From Sphingobacteriaceae bacterium (lineage in GTDB: Bacteria; Bacteroidota; Bacteroidia; Sphingobacteriales; Sphingobacteriaceae): a DNA stretch of 64,000 bases. The notes under the pieces were generated by a model, which saw only the letters and a list, made by a program, of their open reading frames with translations, searched no databases and was not told where the DNA came from. The position numbers were made by a program, and so were the translations under genes. This document shows positions 58,326 through 64,000 of the stretch, one piece after another (the first letter of the stretch is position 1; the number at the start of each line of letters is the position of its first letter). The stretch is taken from contig CANGZD010000003.1 in NCBI GenBank assembly GCA_947458875.1, positions 6,690 through 70,689 of the forward strand. Reading direction: 5' to 3'.

Positions 58326-59275
58326 TGAAAAAATCACTCAAATACTTCGCATTGCTATTGATTTTGAGTGTTTTGGCGACCGGTATGTTCTTTTGGGAGA
58401 ATGACATTCCTTTTTCGATCCTGAAACAAAAATACGCTCCCAAGCCTTCTAAATTTCTCGAAATGGACGGTTTGGAAGTGCATTACCGTGATCAGGGAAA
58501 TCAAACAGATACACTTCCACTTGTGCTCTTACATGGCACGGCCGCCAGCTTACATACCTGGGAAGGCTGGGTAGAAGTGCTGCAAAAGGAACGCAGGGTC
58601 ATCACATTAGATCTTCCGGCTTATGGTCTTACCGGGCCTCATCCTGATGGTGATTATTCAGTTTCGTTTTATGTAGATTTTATAAATGATTTTTTAAATC
58701 GGCTGGGCGTTAAAGAAGGCATCATAGGCGGAAATTCTTTGGGTGGATATATAGCCTGGAATTACGCCTTAAAATATCCTCAAAAAACCAAGAAATTGAT
58801 TTTAGTGGATGCCGCAGGTTACCCAATCCAATCAGAATCGGTTCCTTTGGCTTTTCAATTGGCCACTTTGCCTTTTATTAAAAATATATTTAAGCACATT
58901 ACTCCACGACCAATTCTAAAGAAAAGCATCGAGAATGTATACGGTGAGCCATCTAAAATTGATGAAAAGCTAGTTGATCGTTATTTCGAACTCTCTTTAA
59001 GAGCAGGAAACCGTGCTGCATTCATAGACAGAATGTCAAAATTCAAAAGGAAAGGATTGGATGAAAACTTTGAGCAACTAAAAAATCTTCAAACCCCCAC
59101 CCTGATCATTTGGGGTGAAAAAGATCTCCTCATTCCCATCAATGTAGCTTATCGTTTCCAAAAAGATTTACCGGTTGATACGCTGATCACCTTCCCGAAA
59201 TTGGGACATGTTCCACAGGAAGAAGATCCTCAGGAAACGGTAAAATCAGTTTTAGATTTTTTGCGAAAGAATTGA
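58325..59275 (+). CDS. alpha/beta hydrolase
   Basis: HG oxyanion motif (LLHGTAAS), nucleophile elbow GNSLGG and a C-terminal GHVPQEE. N-terminal TM or signal segment. Confidence 0.8.
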   Translation: MKKSLKYFALLLILSVLATGMFFWENDIPFSILKQKYAPKPSKFLEMDGLEVHYRDQGNQTDTLPLVLLHGTAASLHTWEGWVEVLQKERRVITLDLPAYGLTGPHPDGDYSVSFYVDFINDFLNRLGVKEGIIGGNSLGGYIAWNYALKYPQKTKKLILVDAAGYPIQSESVPLAFQLATLPFIKNIFKHITPRPILKKSIENVYGEPSKIDEKLVDRYFELSLRAGNRAAFIDRMSKFKRKGLDENFEQLKNLQTPTLIIWGEKDLLIPINVAYRFQKDLPVDTLITFPKLGHVPQEEDPQETVKSVLDFLRKN

Positions 59276-59385
59276 TTTTTTTCTTGTCTAAGAAGGTAAA
59301 AATTGAGTCATACTCAGTATCGGAAAGTATTATTGATTAATAATCAGCTAATTTAGGGTCGATTTTAAATACGGTTTAAAGCAAC

Positions 59386-61209
59386 ATGGCAAGAAATACA
59401 CTTAATAGCGGAAATAAGCAGGAAGAAGATTTGCCGAAAGCAAAAATCAACAAGGAGAATATCCGTAAAATATCCCAATTACTTGCCTACCTCCAACCCT
59501 ATCGTGTAAAATTCATATTTGGGATCGTTTTCTTATTCCTTTCGAGTCTGACCGGCTTGGCTTTTCCTTCCTTATTAGGGGCCATGATTGATGCCGCACA
59601 AGGCAAGCAAAAAATCAGTTTCATTCCTGGTGAGATTCATACCATCGGACTCATTTGTTTTGTGATCTTGTTTATTCAGTCTTTTGTTTCCTTTTTCAGG
59701 ATTCGATTTTTTGTAGAAGTGGCCGAAAAAGCATTATCTGATATCAGAAGGGATACTTATTTCAGATTAATCACCTTGCCGATGAACTTTTTTGCCAATC
59801 GCCGGGTGGGTGAATTGAACAGTCGCATTTCTGCCGATTTATCACAAATTCAGGATACATTAACCACCACCCTCGCAGAAATGTTCAGGCAAATCGTGCT
59901 GTTAATAGGTGGTGTGACCTTACTTTTTGTGGTTTCTTACCAGCTCACACTTTTAAATTTGGCCATTCTGCCTATTTTGGTGGTATCGGCTGTTATATTC
60001 GGTCGATTCATCAGAAAGGTATCTCGTGAAGCTCAGGATCAATTGGCTGAGTCAAACACCGTGGTTCAGGAGACCTTACAAGGCATTGCAAATGTGAAAG
60101 CTTTTGTAAATGAGGCCTATGAGGCAAACCGCTATCAAAAAAACCTACAAAATGTTGTTAAAATTGCGCTCAAAGGTGCGAGTTACCGTGGTGCATTTGC
60201 CTCATTTATCATCTTTTGCCTGTTCGGAGCTATTGTTGCGGTCATTTGGTACGGGTCTGTTTTAGTATCCAACGGTCAGCTTTCTGTGGGTAATTTAACC
60301 ACCTTCATTTTATATGCAATCTTTGTTGGTGCAGCAATGGGTAGTTTCCCTGAGCTGTATGCCAACGTACAAAAAGCAGTGGGTGCCAGTGAGCGGGTTT
60401 TAGAGATACTCAACGAGCCCAACGAGGAAATTTCCATTCATGAGCATGAAAATAGAATTGAGAAAACAATTAAAGGCGATCTGAGCTTTATAAATGTTTC
60501 TTTTCAATACCCCTCCAGACCTGAAATGACGGTGCTCCAATCAGTAAGTTTTGAAGCTAAATCTGGTGAAAGAGTGGCCATAGTTGGGCCAAGTGGTGCA
60601 GGTAAATCCACTTTAGCAGCATTGATTCTGAGATTCTACGAGGCACAAGAAGGAACCATTTTATTTGATGATCAATCTGCTGATCAATTCTCACTAACTG
60701 ATATCCGAAATCAAGTAGCCATCGTTCCTCAGGATGTGCTTTTATTTGGCGGATCTATTCTAGAAAACATCGCATATGGAAAGCTGAGTGCAAGCAAAGA
60801 GGAGATCATACAAGCAGCCAAGCGGGCAAATGCACATGAATTCATCAGCAGTTTCCCCGAAGGCTATGAAACCCTCGTGGGTGAACGTGGTGTGAAATTA
60901 TCTGGCGGACAAAGACAGCGTATAGCCATTGCACGTGCCCTGCTTAAAGATCCTGCAATTTTGATTTTGGATGAAGCGACCTCATCGCTCGATTCTGAAT
61001 CAGAAAGATTGGTTCAGGAAGCACTTGAAGAATTGATGAAAAATCGAACTTCTATCATTATTGCCCATCGATTATCTACAATTCGTGAGGCCGATAGAAT
61101 TGTAGTAATAGAAAAGGGCCGCGTGGTGGAAAGTGGCTCTCATGAAGAACTGATCAAAAATGAAGAGGGATTGTATCGATATTTAAGTCAATTACAATTT
61201 GAATCCTGA
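59386..61209 (+). CDS. ABC transporter, fused permease/ATPase (MsbA-like exporter)
   Basis: Six-TM N-terminal domain, Walker A GPSGAGKST, signature LSGGQRQR and Walker B ILILDEATS. Confidence 0.85.
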   Translation: MARNTLNSGNKQEEDLPKAKINKENIRKISQLLAYLQPYRVKFIFGIVFLFLSSLTGLAFPSLLGAMIDAAQGKQKISFIPGEIHTIGLICFVILFIQSFVSFFRIRFFVEVAEKALSDIRRDTYFRLITLPMNFFANRRVGELNSRISADLSQIQDTLTTTLAEMFRQIVLLIGGVTLLFVVSYQLTLLNLAILPILVVSAVIFGRFIRKVSREAQDQLAESNTVVQETLQGIANVKAFVNEAYEANRYQKNLQNVVKIALKGASYRGAFASFIIFCLFGAIVAVIWYGSVLVSNGQLSVGNLTTFILYAIFVGAAMGSFPELYANVQKAVGASERVLEILNEPNEEISIHEHENRIEKTIKGDLSFINVSFQYPSRPEMTVLQSVSFEAKSGERVAIVGPSGAGKSTLAALILRFYEAQEGTILFDDQSADQFSLTDIRNQVAIVPQDVLLFGGSILENIAYGKLSASKEEIIQAAKRANAHEFISSFPEGYETLVGERGVKLSGGQRQRIAIARALLKDPAILILDEATSSLDSESERLVQEALEELMKNRTSIIIAHRLSTIREADRIVVIEKGRVVESGSHEELIKNEEGLYRYLSQLQFES

Positions 61210-61240
61210 TTTTACGTTCAATCTTTAAAAAGATGGAACC

Positions 61241-61594
61241 ATGTCGGATATTTCTTTTAATGGATTAGGCTCATTCGCCCTTTTCTTGTTTAGCTGCTTC
61301 TTGTTTGCCTTTGTTATTGTTTTACTATTAATCAGGCAACTATTTCTTTATAAAAAGGCACATCCACTCGCAGTTAGAAGCAATTCAGTTTTTATTCTAG
61401 CAACATTATTTCCATTTTTTTCGAGTCTCATCGGTTTGATCATCATTCAATGTATAAACGATCCCGAAATAAATTGGTTAATGGATAGCTATCTTTCCAT
61501 CTGCATGCTTGGTGTGGCTCTAATTATTGCGATTATTTGGGTGATAATCGGATTAAAAACTTTAAGAAAAGACTTTAGTCAAGTTGGTGGATGA
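61241..61594 (+). CDS. hypothetical membrane protein
   Basis: 117 aa with 3-4 hydrophobic helices and no recognised motif. Confidence 0.4.
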   Translation: MSDISFNGLGSFALFLFSCFLFAFVIVLLLIRQLFLYKKAHPLAVRSNSVFILATLFPFFSSLIGLIIIQCINDPEINWLMDSYLSICMLGVALIIAIIWVIIGLKTLRKDFSQVGG

Positions 61595-62810
61595 TTAATC
61601 CTGAAAGAAATTTAGGCTCAAACCAGGTCGATTTGGGTGGCATTACTTCACCAGCATCTGCTACAGCTATTAATTCATCAATACTAGTCGGGTAAAGCGT
61701 AAACAAGACATCGAAAGCACCTTCATCCACTTTATTTACCAAATCATTAAGCGGAGTTAATCCACCCGCAAAACTAAGACGGGGATCAGTTCTGGGATCA
61801 GAAATACCCAACAATTTAGTCAAAACTTCGTCTTGTAGAATAGCCACATCCAAATCCTTAACCGGATTACCTGACAAATCGCCTTTATAAGTAAGTTTAA
61901 ACCATTTACCAGCTAAATACATACCGAACTGATGAATGCCGATGGGCTTAAATTCTGCTACCTGTTTTAATTCTTCCAAGTCGAATTGATGAGAAAGATG
62001 CGCTAAAAATGCACTCACCGATAATTTCCCCAAATCTTTAACCAAACGATGAAATTCGAAAATTCTGAGTTGATCTGTAGACATGTAAACAGAGCTGAAG
62101 AAATTGTACTCCTCGGCTCCATGGTGTTTCAAATTCAGTTTACGGCATTCAATGCCAAAGGTGGAGGCTGCGGCAGCACGATGATGACCATCTGCGATAT
62201 AAGTATGTTGAAGCGCTCCAAATGACTGAATGATCGTTTTTAATTGGCCATAATCATCAATTTTCCATACAGAATGTAACGATCCAGATTTTTCGAATGA
62301 TAGCAAAGCATCACGCTTAATGGTTTCAGAGATAATTTGATCAATTGCTGCATCAGCCTGGTAGGTAATCAATACCGGATTGGCATCAATCCCGGTTTGT
62401 TGTAAATAATCAATCAATCCACGTTCCCTATCTGCTCGGGTTAATTCATGTTTTTTAATGGTATTGTTCAGGTAATCATCAATGGCAGAGACAGTCCAGA
62501 TTCCGGTTTGGGTAATCCCAAAGTGCTGAACTTGATAAATATAGATCGAGGGGTTTTCATCACGAATCAACCAAGCCTTCTCTATAAATTCCTCGAAATT
62601 TTCATTGATTTTTTTAAAGGCTAATTCTGTTTTAGAACCCATTAAAAAACGGTTTTCTAATTTCGGAACCAGCATATTGACAAAAGATCGTGATTCCTGG
62701 CTTCGAATTTTTCGGGCAGTTGGCAAATCAAGATTTTCTACCTCCAAAACCACATCAACCGCATAAGCTTGATCGGGATGTATACCTTTAAAAGCTTTAA
62801 TTTTGGGCAT
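61575..62810 (-). CDS. DUF1015-family protein
   Basis: 411 aa. The N-terminus MPKIKAFKGIHP and the ADGHHR motif resemble DUF1015. Starts 9 nt downstream of serA. Confidence 0.65.
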   Translation of the reverse strand: MPKIKAFKGIHPDQAYAVDVVLEVENLDLPTARKIRSQESRSFVNMLVPKLENRFLMGSKTELAFKKINENFEEFIEKAWLIRDENPSIYIYQVQHFGITQTGIWTVSAIDDYLNNTIKKHELTRADRERGLIDYLQQTGIDANPVLITYQADAAIDQIISETIKRDALLSFEKSGSLHSVWKIDDYGQLKTIIQSFGALQHTYIADGHHRAAAASTFGIECRKLNLKHHGAEEYNFFSSVYMSTDQLRIFEFHRLVKDLGKLSVSAFLAHLSHQFDLEELKQVAEFKPIGIHQFGMYLAGKWFKLTYKGDLSGNPVKDLDVAILQDEVLTKLLGISDPRTDPRLSFAGGLTPLNDLVNKVDEGAFDVLFTLYPTSIDELIAVADAGEVMPPKSTWFEPKFLSGLIIHQLD

Positions 62811-62819
62811 AAAGGCTTT

Positions 62820-63773
62820 TTATGATTGCTTAAAAAAGTCGATGATCAAATTTGCCAGTTCCGTACCAATTCTTTCCTGTGCTTCATTGGTAGAGGCACC
62901 AATGTGTGGAGTTAAGGATACTTTTGGATGTGATAAAAGGGCTTGCATTGGAGTAGGTTCATTTTCGAATACATCTAATCCGGCGAAAGCCAGTTTACCA
63001 TTATCCAGCGCCTCTAATAATGCTTGTTCATTAATAGTGCCGCCACGTGAGCAATTCACCAGTCCGCAACCTGTTTTCATCAATTCAAATTCAGCTTTAC
63101 CGATTACAGGCTTTTCGGAAAAAGGTACATGCAGGCTGATAAAATCAGATTGGCTGACCAACTGATCTAAAGTCACACTTTTTACCGGTACATCAACGTT
63201 GATATTTCCACTTAGTTGAAGTGTTAAAACCGGTGGAACTTCATTTAAATCATAGGCTAATACATCCATACCCAAACCCAGTGCAATTTTTGCAGTTTCC
63301 CTACCAATACGACCAAAACCTACAATGCCGATGGTTTTTCCTCGAAGTTCAATCCCCTTGGCATATGCCTTTTTCAAATCATTGAATTGGGTATTTCCAA
63401 CATGAGGCATTTTTCGGTTGGCATCCTGTAAAAAACGAATACCAGTAAACAAATGCGCAAATACCAACTCTGCTACGGAAAGTGATGAGGCAGCCGGGGT
63501 ATTAATTACTGCTATTCCTTTACTACGGGCATATTCTACATCGATATTATCCATGCCTACTCCACCGCGACCAATTAGTTTTAGATTTGGACAGGCATCA
63601 ATCAATTCCTTACGCACTTTGGTAGCACTGCGCACCGTTAAGGCACTGTAATTTTTTAATGCTTCTGCTAATTGATCTTGAGGAACAGTTTCTGTATCGA
63701 CTTGAAAACCAGCTTTTTCTAACAAAGTTTTACCGATTGGATCGATACCGTCGTTGGCTAATATTTTAATCAT
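62820..63773 (-). CDS. serA: D-3-phosphoglycerate dehydrogenase (short form)
   Basis: NAD motif GIVGFGRIGRE and catalytic R/E/H set (..SRGG.., ..TPHIGAST..). Confidence 0.8.
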   Translation of the reverse strand: MIKILANDGIDPIGKTLLEKAGFQVDTETVPQDQLAEALKNYSALTVRSATKVRKELIDACPNLKLIGRGGVGMDNIDVEYARSKGIAVINTPAASSLSVAELVFAHLFTGIRFLQDANRKMPHVGNTQFNDLKKAYAKGIELRGKTIGIVGFGRIGRETAKIALGLGMDVLAYDLNEVPPVLTLQLSGNINVDVPVKSVTLDQLVSQSDFISLHVPFSEKPVIGKAEFELMKTGCGLVNCSRGGTINEQALLEALDNGKLAFAGLDVFENEPTPMQALLSHPKVSLTPHIGASTNEAQERIGTELANLIIDFFKQS

Positions 63774-63789
63774 GGGATCTATGGGTCGA

Positions 63790-64000
63790 TTAAGCGTGTT
63801 TTTCAGCGAATTCTTGCATAATATCTACCAGTACATGTACACTGGAAATCGGAAGTGCATTGTACATGGAAGCACGGAAGCCGCCCACACTGCGGTGGCC
63901 TTTGATTCCTACTATACCACGGTCTTCAGCAAATTTCAGGAATTCCTTTTCCAGTTCCGGATTTTCCATTACAAAACAGATGTTCATGTTAGATCGGTCT
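63790..64000 (-). CDS. serC: phosphoserine aminotransferase, 3-prime fragment (continues past the window end)
   Basis: The C-terminus ..[20 protein letters not shown].. matches SerC. The frame stays open upstream to position 64000. Confidence 0.8.
   Translation of the reverse strand, partial: DRSNMNICFVMENPELEKEFLKFAEDRGIVGIKGHRSVGGFRASMYNALPISSVHVLVDIMQEFAEKHA

Noticed and set aside
1-64000. Search for CRISPR arrays, tRNA/rRNA genes, transposases, phage genes or toxin-antitoxin pairs.
   Set aside because: No non-coding gap exceeds about 171 bp, and no repeat-spacer periodicity, cloverleaf-like segment or transposase/integrase ORF other than xerD was seen. This was an inspection by eye only, so very small elements could be missed.

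Overview
Gene-dense chromosomal core segment with about 62 protein-coding genes; the largest non-coding gap is about 171 bp. It looks like a Bacteroidota genome, possibly Sphingobacteriia-like, though that assignment is low confidence. The evidence is: no Shine-Dalgarno sequences, many TAnnTTTG -7 promoter elements close to start codons, futalosine-pathway menaquinone genes, an archaeal-type ProRS, and many lipobox lipoproteins. Content is mostly housekeeping: proS, alaS, argS, gyrA, mnmE, ribD, aroQ, xerD, prmC, purC, serA/serC, an LptD-like protein, cinA, rnz and a 2-oxoacid dehydrogenase E2. I found no rRNA, tRNA, CRISPR array, transposase, prophage or recognisable defence island. I cannot point to a clear-cut novel multi-gene system. 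The most interesting signal is a 28-bp dif-like Xer site at 29557-29584. Its XerD arm is identical to the E. coli dif XerD arm. It sits in an AT-rich spacer, coincides with a flip in coding-strand bias (a putative replication terminus), and lies beside a low-GC orphan ORF. Other items worth follow-up: (1) a FadL-like outer-membrane barrel coupled to a hyper-aromatic, RS-tailed lipoprotein; (2) a histidine phosphatase embedded between two futalosine-pathway genes; (3) a ribD-DMT-yigZ-nucleoside phosphorylase operon; (4) a serC-serA-DUF1015 operon; (5) an AlbA_2/wHTH gene translationally coupled to a MATE pump; (6) many convergent gene pairs sharing TTAA-type overlapping stop codons. All functional calls come from motif recognition by eye, not from database searches.
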